64,000 nucleotides of DNA, from the NCBI RefSeq assembly GCF_055900595.2, contig NZ_CM148325.1; one strand, 5' to 3'. The notes under the pieces were generated by a model that ran no database searches, was not told where the DNA came from, and was given only the letters and a program-made list of their open reading frames with translations. Position numbers and translations under genes: made by a program. This document shows, piece by piece, positions 44,254 to 53,659 of the stretch; position 1 is the first letter of the stretch, and the number at the start of each line of letters is the position of its first letter.

Positions 44254-47112
44254 TTAACCCTCCGCTCCGGTGATAACAGCAATTACCTGAATGTAGGGTT
44301 CTTTTTCAGTCGTCATGGTGTCCTCAATCCATTCGATATAGCTGTCAAAATTGTGTTCGATTTCGCGTTGTCTCTGCTCTTTACGGCTCTGCTTAACTGA
44401 CAATTGCTGTTTGTTATCGGCAAAATCCAGCTCAAGTTGGCTCAACTGCCGCCCACGCAAAACGTCCAGCTTTTGCAGATGCTCATTCAGTTGCTGGTTA
44501 ATGTGCGTTTCAAACGCATTCCGATCATGGATGAATACCTCCCGGGCATGAGCAATAGCCGCTTCCAGTAAATCCTGCTGGCGCTGGTGATTACGATCTT
44601 TACCGCCGCTGTTAGTCAGCTTGTTACTCAACTGCGGATGACGTTGTAAAAACTCAGCGAATGGCTGACTGCCGATTAGCGATTCACGGTTAAAGCTCAC
44701 CACTATCCACGGGTTCACCATCGGATGTGATTTACGGTTCGGGAATAACCCGGAAAGAATGAAGTGATCTTCATCGGGTTCAAGCAGGTATGGCAGACGG
44801 ATAACCGGTGCCTGATGACGACCAAAAGCCGAAGAGATTTTATCGTCCAGCCACTGCACTACCGGGTTGATTTGCCAGAGATACTGCACATCGGGCCAGG
44901 CATGTTGCTCACCGCGAGCGCGTGCAATCGCGTCGGTGATGACGGTTTTATCCTGACTTAAAAAGAGCTGCCAGTTCTCCGGGGCGATTTCAGGCGGTAG
45001 CTGGTTGAAGCGGCGGCGTAACTCCTCCGGTGCCACCAGCGACAAGGTATTATCAGGCAAGGTTTCATACTGGATAGTTTGACCACTGGCTTTCAGGTAA
45101 CCCAATGCTCTTTCACAGTACGCCTGTTCGCTGGCAAACAAGCTGGTGTCTGTTTCGATGACCATTGAGGCATCGCTGGAAACCGCACTGCATATTTCGC
45201 CAAACAGATCGTGTTCGGCGCTTTCCGAGACGTTGCTGTTCAGCAGTTGATCAAACAGGCTGGCACCATCATCCTGCATCATGAACTCTGCAACCTGCTC
45301 TTCTTCCTCTTCCTGGGTAAATTTGCCGGTAAACTCCGAACTGTCCCCAATGTTCTTCTGCGCCTGTTCGTCTTTGTTGATCAACACTTCCAGTACGCGC
45401 ATATCGCCATTGATCTGCGGTTCGCTGGCCTCGGTAAGCAGATAGCGGATTTGAGGCTGATGTTTTTGCCCATAGCGGTCAATACGCCCGTTACGTTGCT
45501 GGAATACCATCAACGACCACGGAATATCAAAGTGAATCATTTTGTGGCTAAGGTGATGCAGGTTGATCCCTTCAGATGCCACATCCGAACAAACCAGAAG
45601 ACGCAACGGCGACTGCGTTTTACCAAAGGCTTCTACGGTTTCCATCAACACCGTATCGCCCTGATCGCCGCGCAGCGTGGCGATCTGATCATCTTTCAAT
45701 TTCAGATCCGCTCGCAGTTGCTGTTCGAGGAACTCCAGCGTTTTAATGCTTTCGGTGAAGATCACCAGGCGATCTTCCGTGTTATTGGCTTTCCAGGCGA
45801 GGTCTTTTCGGATGGTGTCGAGCAGCAACTGGTATTTGCTAAACTGGCTGGCATCAATGTTATTCAGCGCCAACAGCAATGACTCCAGTTCGTTGATCTG
45901 GCTCTGGCTATTATGATCTTTACGGCTCTCAAGACGCTTCAGACGATTAGCCACTACGCTGGCACACGCCATCGGGCTGGAAAATAGCGCTTTTTCGAGG
46001 GTTATCTTGAACAGACGACCTTTGTTAGACTGGGCCTGTTCATCGTCATCATCACGGAACTGACTCTCAACCAGGCGACGGTATGCTTCTTCTTCGGCAC
46101 CGGATGCCAGGCGAGTCAGTTTGACAATATTGCGCTCGGGGAACTCGCCAGACATCTGATCTTTCACGTCTTTTTTGAAGCGACGGACAACCAGATTTTT
46201 ATCGGCAAAGTCGGCGTATTCATACTCTTTCGGGTTGGCGATCGCCGTCGGGTCAAGCATGTTCATCAGGCTGGCAAAACTTTCAGCTTTACCATCATGC
46301 GGCGTTGCTGAAAGCATAATCAGCGTATCGCTGCGCCCGGCGAGCAGTTTTGCCAGTTTACTGCGTAACGAACTGGTTCCACGTTCTGCGACGTTATGGG
46401 CCTCATCAATGACAATAATATCCCACCAGGCATTTTCCAGATGGTGACGATATTCAATATCTTGTTTCAGCGTATCGATGGAGATAATGGTCTTGTCAAA
46501 ATAGTGGAACGGGTTGTGGTTGGTAGGGATGCGGTTACGCACTTTTTGTAAACCAGCAGAATCCAGGCGGGTCAATGGGATCGCAAAACGGCTCCAGAAC
46601 TCCTTCTGGAATTGTGTCAGCATCGATTTAACCGCCAGAACCAGAATACGTTTTCCGCGCCCACGACGGATCAGTTCCGAAACCAGAATACCCGCTTCCA
46701 GCGTTTTACCCAGACCGACAGCGTCGGCAATGAGTATCCGCTGACGCGGTTGTGCCAGCGCCATCCGCGTAGGATCGAGCTGAAACGGCATGGAATCCAT
46801 CGCCGCCAGATGTCCAAAATGGACTTTACTGTCTGTCGGTACGCGTTGGCGTAACTGACTTTCAATATACAACTGTGCCGCCTGATAATTGGCGGATTCA
46901 TCTTCCACCAAATGCGTTTTTGCGGGATCAAGGATCTCTACTTTTTGTTCCAGTTTGGTCAGAAATAACCCTTCTTTACCGCGCACAAGCTCTGAAATAC
47001 CATCGCAGGTCAGCAAATACCCACCATCACCACTGTCATCCGCCCGGCGAATACGCCATTCGGCATCACGAATAACCACCCGCATACCAGGTGCATAATT
47101 TTGCTTATTCAT
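44254..47112 (-). CDS. SNF2-family helicase/ATPase (952 aa), DrmD-like
   Basis: Motif I LIADAVGLGKTLEAG, motif II IIVIDEAHNV, motif III LMLSATPHDG, SNF2-type motif VI FQQRNGRIDRYGQ. Confidence 0.85.
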   Translation of the reverse strand: MNKQNYAPGMRVVIRDAEWRIRRADDSGDGGYLLTCDGISELVRGKEGLFLTKLEQKVEILDPAKTHLVEDESANYQAAQLYIESQLRQRVPTDSKVHFGHLAAMDSMPFQLDPTRMALAQPRQRILIADAVGLGKTLEAGILVSELIRRGRGKRILVLAVKSMLTQFQKEFWSRFAIPLTRLDSAGLQKVRNRIPTNHNPFHYFDKTIISIDTLKQDIEYRHHLENAWWDIIVIDEAHNVAERGTSSLRSKLAKLLAGRSDTLIMLSATPHDGKAESFASLMNMLDPTAIANPKEYEYADFADKNLVVRRFKKDVKDQMSGEFPERNIVKLTRLASGAEEEAYRRLVESQFRDDDDEQAQSNKGRLFKITLEKALFSSPMACASVVANRLKRLESRKDHNSQSQINELESLLLALNNIDASQFSKYQLLLDTIRKDLAWKANNTEDRLVIFTESIKTLEFLEQQLRADLKLKDDQIATLRGDQGDTVLMETVEAFGKTQSPLRLLVCSDVASEGINLHHLSHKMIHFDIPWSLMVFQQRNGRIDRYGQKHQPQIRYLLTEASEPQINGDMRVLEVLINKDEQAQKNIGDSSEFTGKFTQEEEEEQVAEFMMQDDGASLFDQLLNSNVSESAEHDLFGEICSAVSSDASMVIETDTSLFASEQAYCERALGYLKASGQTIQYETLPDNTLSLVAPEELRRRFNQLPPEIAPENWQLFLSQDKTVITDAIARARGEQHAWPDVQYLWQINPVVQWLDDKISSAFGRHQAPVIRLPYLLEPDEDHFILSGLFPNRKSHPMVNPWIVVSFNRESLIGSQPFAEFLQRHPQLSNKLTNSGGKDRNHQRQQDLLEAAIAHAREVFIHDRNAFETHINQQLNEHLQKLDVLRGRQLSQLELDFADNKQQLSVKQSRKEQRQREIEHNFDSYIEWIEDTMTTEKEPYIQVIAVITGAEG

Positions 47113-47180
47113 CGGTTTTTCTGTCTATTTGGGGCAGTGGCGGTAACGTCATCCTGAAAAATGTGGCGCGGCACACTGCG

Positions 47181-47217
47181 ATAAAAAAGAGGGCCTTAAA
47201 GATATCATGAAGGCCCC
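47181..47217 (-). terminator. Rho-independent terminator between the Druantia-like pair and the SNF2 operon
   Basis: On the minus strand: stem GGGCCTT/AAGGCCC (7 bp, 12-nt loop) followed immediately by TCTTTTTTAT; located 120 bp after the 2107-aa gene stop. Confidence 0.65.
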
Positions 47218-47335
47218 CGGCAAAGTGACAAAATGGGAGGGAATGCGCATAATTTGCGCATGATTTTCAAACAAAAATTATTAAAAAGTGAGCTGGGTCA
47301 ACTCCCCTGGAAGATATCCCCAGGGGAGCAATTAT

Positions 47336-50300
47336 TTATCCAGCGATAACATAACTCCTAAGGTCATTACCCGGGGCAACAGCTCGCGCTCGCGTGTTTG
47401 CCAGCCGTTCAACTTGCTGCGGTACTCGCAGAGCAAAATCAAAGAAGGTGTCTTCAATACAGCGCCAGTAGCTAAGCCCCATGTCGAGCAGGACATAATG
47501 CTGACTGCCATCGCTGAAGGTGACTGTCAGTTCTCGTCCATGCTCCGTACTCTGGTTATCCCCCGTTAACCAGCTAATTGCTCCCGGCCACGCAGGCCCC
47601 AGATATCCTTCTTCAAGTAAAGTGGTCACAACCTGCTGACGATCTTCCTCATTAAGCCACGCGTTATAGAGAGCGTTGTGTTGGCGAGAGTTGTAATCCA
47701 ATTTTTTGACGCAAACAGTGAGGCTGGCGCGTTCCGCCATTCCCTGTTCAACCAGCTCGGTTAAGATTTCACCTAACATACGCGCCGTGAATGGGCTATT
47801 AAGATAACGATCGCTGTACTCAACATGCGTTATCTCTTTGTGGCGGGTAAATGCCTGCTTCCAGCCAGCGTGCTGTTGCGTGACTAACGACCAGAAACGC
47901 GAACCAAACCCTTCCAGCGGCCCGTCCAGTTGCTCGCAGAGGTTGATGCGCACCGCCCCGGTGGGTAAGGCGGGCAGTAAATCTTCTGCACTTAAGGTCT
48001 GACCCGAGAAGGTTTTTCCGGACGTTCCTTTAAGTGTCACTACTGGTGAGGACGCACTTTGTCCCCATAATTCACCAGGTGCAACGGTAGCGCTGTCGTC
48101 TGCGGCCCACTGTTGGCTTTGCCCTTCGCGAGTCACCTGCGCAAGCCAGCGCCCCTTTCCTTGCATGAGTTGCGCAGTGGCAATGGATTTCACTTGTAAG
48201 CGTCCTCCCGGCATCGCCGCCAACGCGGAAAGCTGATGTCTGGAGCTATCAGTTAAGTTTTCCAGCGGCGTGGCCACCAGCAACTCAACATTCCCACCGG
48301 AGGAGGCAAACTGGAGCAACTCTTTAAATAATGGCCATTGGGCAAAGTCCCACTGTTCCTGCGGCCCCGCAAGAACCAGCGAGCAGGAGTCATAAATCTC
48401 GCTGTTCAGGCATTGCGCAATACGTAAACTCAGAGGGTTAGTTTCAACCCGGCTACCATCGACGAAGTACTGATATTCTGGCGCGAGGTTAAGTCGCTGC
48501 AACCGTACATTGGTAAGCAGGGTTAATGCATGGTGACGATCTAATCTGTTGACATAATGCTGACTGTCGTAGCTGAGCAAGCAGTGGTGACAGAATTTAT
48601 CGCAACTGCAATCGAGCAATTTTCTGGCGTAATTAAAGACATCAGCCCAATGGTCGATCAATTGCACTGCATAACCTGCACCACCCGCATTATTGTCGTA
48701 AATGAAGATGGAATATCCGGTATAGCCATTGATATCGCGCGCTTGCTGCGTCGTCACGCCCAGCTCAGTATTTTCGATACCCAATTTATGCGCTAACCCT
48801 TCACGCAAAGCGACCGCAAGGGAACGCGCGGCAACCTCATCACGGATCAACAGGCCATTATCATCATTGAGTTGCAGCTCAACCATATCTGTACGACTGC
48901 TATACCCCAACCACAGATCTTTATGCACATGACCGTGGCACAATTTATTGCTCCCCTGACGATCGTTACTGCCCCCTCGCAACAGGTAATGCGTATTTTC
49001 CCGCTCTGGGTTCTTTAGATTTTCAGGGGTACGCTGGGGTTGAGTTTGAGATTCTGCCCGACCACATGAGAGGCAAATTGCGTAGCCGTGCCCAAATTCC
49101 CCTTCACTGAAGTGGAACAATTCCCCACTATGGCTAAAACGGTAACGTCCTAGCCCAGCATCGGGTAAAGAAACCCACACCGAAGACGGTACAAGAACAC
49201 GTGGATCTTTCCAGGGAAGTTGTGCAGGCATGGATACATCATTATGTGCCTGATAACGAATATCTGTCGCAAAACCAACAGGCTGTAAATAACGCTTCAC
49301 ATCAAGTTGCTGTATATCCGCTTTGCAGTGACTACATTCGACAGGATGGGTAGCACTGGTTGCCCCCGCACCACATTTACGGCAATGCCAGAACCACGGA
49401 ATATGATGATCGCCTGACAGCTCCTGCCCGCTGGCAAGTACCTTGCCAAGCATAATGCCCGAGGAACGATATACTTTTCCGCCCAATACCACATCTGCAC
49501 CAGGCGCATACTCGCGTAATGCTGTAGGTAGATCACGGCAGGGCAATTTTTCAATACGACGAGAAAAGCTTTCTCCCCCTTCATTAGGGTCAGCCTGAGT
49601 AGCTTTTATTGCGCGACGTTTTTCCAGCTCATCTGCCGTCAGATAATTGAAATTGACGACACCAACCGGGAAACCATGCCCTGGCAGGAACGCTTCACTA
49701 ATGAGTTTAGAAAACAGATATGCACCGCGATAATCACGAAGCTGATAAGCGATGGCTTTACCTGCTGGCGTTTCTTCCCACGCGCTGTTATCCGCTTTCA
49801 ACGCTTCGATATTTTCCAACAGTATCGCAAGTTGGCTTCTCCAGCGGATATCAACCTGCTGCATCATTGCTTGTGTGCGGGTCAAGAGCTGGGTTGCCGT
49901 CAATGACATCAGGACGGTTCCCTGAGTAAGGCGTTTAAGTTTATCCGCCAGCTGATCGGCCTGGTTATTTAACCAATGGAGAAAACGAAGACACTGGCTC
50001 TCATCACCTTCAAAGAACCATTTGCAACTCAGTTTTGTCGCATCAGGAACTTCAGCTCGTAAAAACAGACCTAAAACCAGGGCATTAACATGTCGTTGAA
50101 CAATACTGCTGCTCCCAAAACGAACCCGTGGCGCACTGGCAGTAGTGTTGAACGCCCAGAGGGGGTCTTTGAATACCTCCATTCCATGCGCCGTGTTTTT
50201 ACATAACGTAATGGCAGCAGATGCACTCTCTCCACGTCGACCCGCGCGGCCTGCACGCTGCAAATAATTTGCCGGAGCTGGAGGAACGTTGTTCATTGCC

Positions 50301-53300
50301 ACCAAACTCATACCACCAATGTCCACCCCCATCTCCATGGTCGTGGAGCAGTTCAGCACATTAACTTTGCCTGACTTAAATTGTTTTTCATTAAACTGGT
50401 TCTGCTCAGGCGTTCTCTGCGCAGAGTGTTCCTCCAGACGATACCAGCTATCTTTCAGGGCCAGTCGGTCGCTGCGAGTAGACCATAATCCTTCCTCGCG
50501 GGCATGTTGAATCAGCGCATTACTTTCCAGCCACTCCAGGCGTTCTTCTCGGGCGATTTCTCCACCACCAGACAAACGCCAGTGACGTACAGGAAGCTCA
50601 GGCATTTCAATCAACACTGCTTTTTCAGGTGCAATTTCTTTGCTACCCGGCAAATACGGAGAGTATCCCAGCAACGTGACGTCTAACGCACGTCGAGTAT
50701 AGGGGCAACGCCACACTTGCTTTGGACTGTAAAATTCAGCCTGTTGTTTAATATCCAGCTGATAACCCGACTCAAACTGACGTAAGCAGGGTCGAATTGC
50801 ATCCCAGACCTCAATCATTAAGTGGTTAACTAACGATTTCCAGTGAGCCTGCTCAGGTTGTATTGCCGGAAAGACTGCAATTAATAGCTTAATGACCCGG
50901 TTATAATGGCGATCGCGTATTTGTGGCCAAAGTTGATCACGTTTCTGCCCTTTGTTTTTTTTATCTGGACCCTGGAGCATTTTTACCGGGAAACGAGCCC
51001 CCATCCAGCGAGGGTATTGCTCGTTTTCGTAAAAAACGGCACTGTTTTCACGTATAAAGAAATCAAGAGTAATCTTCAATAAATTACGCCATTCCGCTAA
51101 TTGCTTATCGGGATCGGGTAATAATGTCTTCCAGTCCTGCGGGCAGGTTGTAACTTTATCAATAAATGGATAGTGAATGGCTACCAGACCCAGACTTTCG
51201 AGGGTCCAGGCATTTTTAGGGCGGCGACCAAATTCACTGTATAAACAAAAATCTGCAAACTGTTGTTTAGTAAGATCAAGCCCAGACAATTCTTTAAAAC
51301 TGCCTCTCATTCTATCGGCAAGGTCCACACTGCCAACCAGCTGTTCAGACAGTGTTTGCCATGACATGGTTTTCTTCTGCTGATTGCCAGAGTTAGCCTG
51401 GAGTATTTGCATCGCTTCAGCATGATCCGGGCTTAAGGAACTCACCATCGGCTCGATAATTTTAAGTGCCTGAATGTCCGCCGGGCTAAGCTCTTCATTA
51501 GCAACCATCGATTTTTTCAGCGCGTCAATAGAGTTTTTTAAAGGAAGGATAGAAAACTGGGCAATAAAACTCTCTAACAATGCGCAGTGTGCCGGGCTGA
51601 GCTTTGCTGATGGCTCATTAATATTGGCCAACTCCTGGTAGCAAAGAGCTCGCAACGTCGCTTTATCGGCATCCTGCTGTAAGCGGGCAGAAATGCGGGC
51701 AGTGCCCTGACGTGAATCCGTAAAGGTGAGCAGACGTCGACCATTAAACGGTCCTAACTGCTCTTCTCTTGTCTGCGGTAATGGTGAAAACTCCAGCAGA
51801 GTAGGAATAATTTCATTTAAAAAAAAGGGCGCGCCAAGTCGAAGCGGACGGAATAAAGGATTATTTTTTCGTTGGGTGTCACCACAGCAAACACAAGCAA
51901 AGGAATTATTACGTCCCTCACCTCGAGATTCCGGTCTTAACAGGTTTATTTCATAGTGCTTTTGCGCTTCACTATCAATTTTCCCCGCCGTCGTTTCTTC
52001 CAGTGAAATGATATATTTTTCACCATCGCTCGCAATCAGACGATCAAATTGAGAGTTATTGTCTAATTCGTCGTTGTCTTCATCTTCAGAATAAACATCT
52101 ACATCAAGAGCAAACTCATCCACTTCGGCAGCGGCGGGTTGCGCTACCAACCAGTTCGTTCCATCACCGCGCATCTCCTCTTTGGCAGACAAATAAGCTG
52201 AACCACACCCGGAGCAACGTAAAACTTCAAATACCGGCGCACCACAGTCACAATATTGGCGCTGCTCAAACCATACCTGACCAAATGGCCAGTCACTCTG
52301 ATTTAATTCATGTGCTTTATGTGAGCATTGTTTGTTTGAACATGCCCATAGACCCGCCAGTGTTCTGATAAATCCATGCATACGTAATGGCGTAAAAGCC
52401 AGTTCACCTTCTCGCGATCTTGCCATTAGATCGAGGAGTTGCAGTAGCTCACGGTGATTAATATCTGGCCAGGTTCTTCTGGCAACATTGAGCAACTCAC
52501 TCAAACGTACTGCCTGCCGTCCGGGATGAGTTAACGCCTGACGCAATTGCTGGGCCACACGGTAATGACAAAGCTGTTGGTAAAGATCCTGAGGGCTCAG
52601 AGATTTAAGAGAAGTTAAAGATGTGGGGTATTCATGACGAATCAGCGACTCCGATACCCGCGGTATTTGTCGATAGCCGCGAACCACTTTGACATCACGT
52701 TCTGTAACGCCCGCAAGATCAGCGACAAATTTAGCAAGCTCCTTATTACCTTCAGGAGAGTCTTCACCAATAGTGGCAGAGGTCGCGATAATCTGCACAG
52801 GTTTATCTGTGCCAGGTCCAACATTGAAAGCCTGCATAACACGACGTAAAAGCAGCGCTAACTCAGCAGCCTGAGAACCAATATAACTATGGGCTTCATC
52901 CAGGACGATATACTTTAACATCCCCTGAGACTTTTCGATGATTGGGGCATCTTTACGACGAATCAGCATATATTCCAGCATGGTGGTATTCGTCACCATG
53001 ATGGAAGGTGGTGCTTCGTAAATGGCTTCCCGACTCAAAGCTTGTTCAGGTACTTTCAACTGATCTTCCTGAACTTCGTATTTGGTATGCCGGGTTTCGC
53101 CATTATATAGCGCGAAGCGTATTTTCCCCTTAAATCCGCGCGTCCATTCGCGAAGCCGCTCCTGTTGGCTGTTAATTAATGCATTTAACGGATACAAGAA
53201 AATAGCTTGTGTCCCTGTTAGTGACTGACGGGTCGATTTTTGCTGACGAATAAGATCTTCCAGGACCGGTACCATAAAGCATTCTGTTTTCCCGGATCCC

Positions 53301-53659
53301 GTACCGCTGCTCACTAACAAGGATTTTTTGTCTTCCAGAATTGTTCGCCACGCAGTGAGTTGATGACGAAATGGCACTGGCGCTTTGCTCAATGCATCAA
53401 CCTGCGGGCTGGAGATCAGCTTGTCCCGCAAATCCTCCATTGTTTCATCCGCAGGCATCCAGCCGAATGTACTTTCGAATACCGGGCCTGCAAGCAGTGA
53501 CCCCTCCTGACCGGGAGGCTGAAAATATTGTGATTCCAGATAATGAGTCAACGACTTGCTCCGCAATGCCAACTGACTTACCACCGACCTCACCGCACGC
53601 TGATGAAGCTGATTTAGAAGTGGCGCATAATGCAGTTGCTGAACGTCCATCAATGACAT
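47336..53659 (-). CDS. druE: Giant (2107 aa) DEAH helicase with DUF1998-like Zn-ribbon C-terminal region; Druantia DruE-like
   Basis: Motif I LVSSGTGSGKTECFMVPVL, motif II YIVLDEAHSY, motif VI QRAGRAGRRGE; Cys clusters CRKCGAG...CSHCK, CLSCGR, CSCDKFCHHC; start overlaps upstream gene by 10 bp. Confidence 0.7.
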   Translation of the reverse strand: MSLMDVQQLHYAPLLNQLHQRAVRSVVSQLALRSKSLTHYLESQYFQPPGQEGSLLAGPVFESTFGWMPADETMEDLRDKLISSPQVDALSKAPVPFRHQLTAWRTILEDKKSLLVSSGTGSGKTECFMVPVLEDLIRQQKSTRQSLTGTQAIFLYPLNALINSQQERLREWTRGFKGKIRFALYNGETRHTKYEVQEDQLKVPEQALSREAIYEAPPSIMVTNTTMLEYMLIRRKDAPIIEKSQGMLKYIVLDEAHSYIGSQAAELALLLRRVMQAFNVGPGTDKPVQIIATSATIGEDSPEGNKELAKFVADLAGVTERDVKVVRGYRQIPRVSESLIRHEYPTSLTSLKSLSPQDLYQQLCHYRVAQQLRQALTHPGRQAVRLSELLNVARRTWPDINHRELLQLLDLMARSREGELAFTPLRMHGFIRTLAGLWACSNKQCSHKAHELNQSDWPFGQVWFEQRQYCDCGAPVFEVLRCSGCGSAYLSAKEEMRGDGTNWLVAQPAAAEVDEFALDVDVYSEDEDNDELDNNSQFDRLIASDGEKYIISLEETTAGKIDSEAQKHYEINLLRPESRGEGRNNSFACVCCGDTQRKNNPLFRPLRLGAPFFLNEIIPTLLEFSPLPQTREEQLGPFNGRRLLTFTDSRQGTARISARLQQDADKATLRALCYQELANINEPSAKLSPAHCALLESFIAQFSILPLKNSIDALKKSMVANEELSPADIQALKIIEPMVSSLSPDHAEAMQILQANSGNQQKKTMSWQTLSEQLVGSVDLADRMRGSFKELSGLDLTKQQFADFCLYSEFGRRPKNAWTLESLGLVAIHYPFIDKVTTCPQDWKTLLPDPDKQLAEWRNLLKITLDFFIRENSAVFYENEQYPRWMGARFPVKMLQGPDKKNKGQKRDQLWPQIRDRHYNRVIKLLIAVFPAIQPEQAHWKSLVNHLMIEVWDAIRPCLRQFESGYQLDIKQQAEFYSPKQVWRCPYTRRALDVTLLGYSPYLPGSKEIAPEKAVLIEMPELPVRHWRLSGGGEIAREERLEWLESNALIQHAREEGLWSTRSDRLALKDSWYRLEEHSAQRTPEQNQFNEKQFKSGKVNVLNCSTTMEMGVDIGGMSLVAMNNVPPAPANYLQRAGRAGRRGESASAAITLCKNTAHGMEVFKDPLWAFNTTASAPRVRFGSSSIVQRHVNALVLGLFLRAEVPDATKLSCKWFFEGDESQCLRFLHWLNNQADQLADKLKRLTQGTVLMSLTATQLLTRTQAMMQQVDIRWRSQLAILLENIEALKADNSAWEETPAGKAIAYQLRDYRGAYLFSKLISEAFLPGHGFPVGVVNFNYLTADELEKRRAIKATQADPNEGGESFSRRIEKLPCRDLPTALREYAPGADVVLGGKVYRSSGIMLGKVLASGQELSGDHHIPWFWHCRKCGAGATSATHPVECSHCKADIQQLDVKRYLQPVGFATDIRYQAHNDVSMPAQLPWKDPRVLVPSSVWVSLPDAGLGRYRFSHSGELFHFSEGEFGHGYAICLSCGRAESQTQPQRTPENLKNPERENTHYLLRGGSNDRQGSNKLCHGHVHKDLWLGYSSRTDMVELQLNDDNGLLIRDEVAARSLAVALREGLAHKLGIENTELGVTTQQARDINGYTGYSIFIYDNNAGGAGYAVQLIDHWADVFNYARKLLDCSCDKFCHHCLLSYDSQHYVNRLDRHHALTLLTNVRLQRLNLAPEYQYFVDGSRVETNPLSLRIAQCLNSEIYDSCSLVLAGPQEQWDFAQWPLFKELLQFASSGGNVELLVATPLENLTDSSRHQLSALAAMPGGRLQVKSIATAQLMQGKGRWLAQVTREGQSQQWAADDSATVAPGELWGQSASSPVVTLKGTSGKTFSGQTLSAEDLLPALPTGAVRINLCEQLDGPLEGFGSRFWSLVTQQHAGWKQAFTRHKEITHVEYSDRYLNSPFTARMLGEILTELVEQGMAERASLTVCVKKLDYNSRQHNALYNAWLNEEDRQQVVTTLLEEGYLGPAWPGAISWLTGDNQSTEHGRELTVTFSDGSQHYVLLDMGLSYWRCIEDTFFDFALRVPQQVERLANTRARAVAPGNDLRSYVIAG

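Noticed and set aside
45211-45882. 223-aa plus-strand ORF
   Set aside because: Antisense to the SNF2 helicase gene; the SNF2 frame carries the recognisable motifs.
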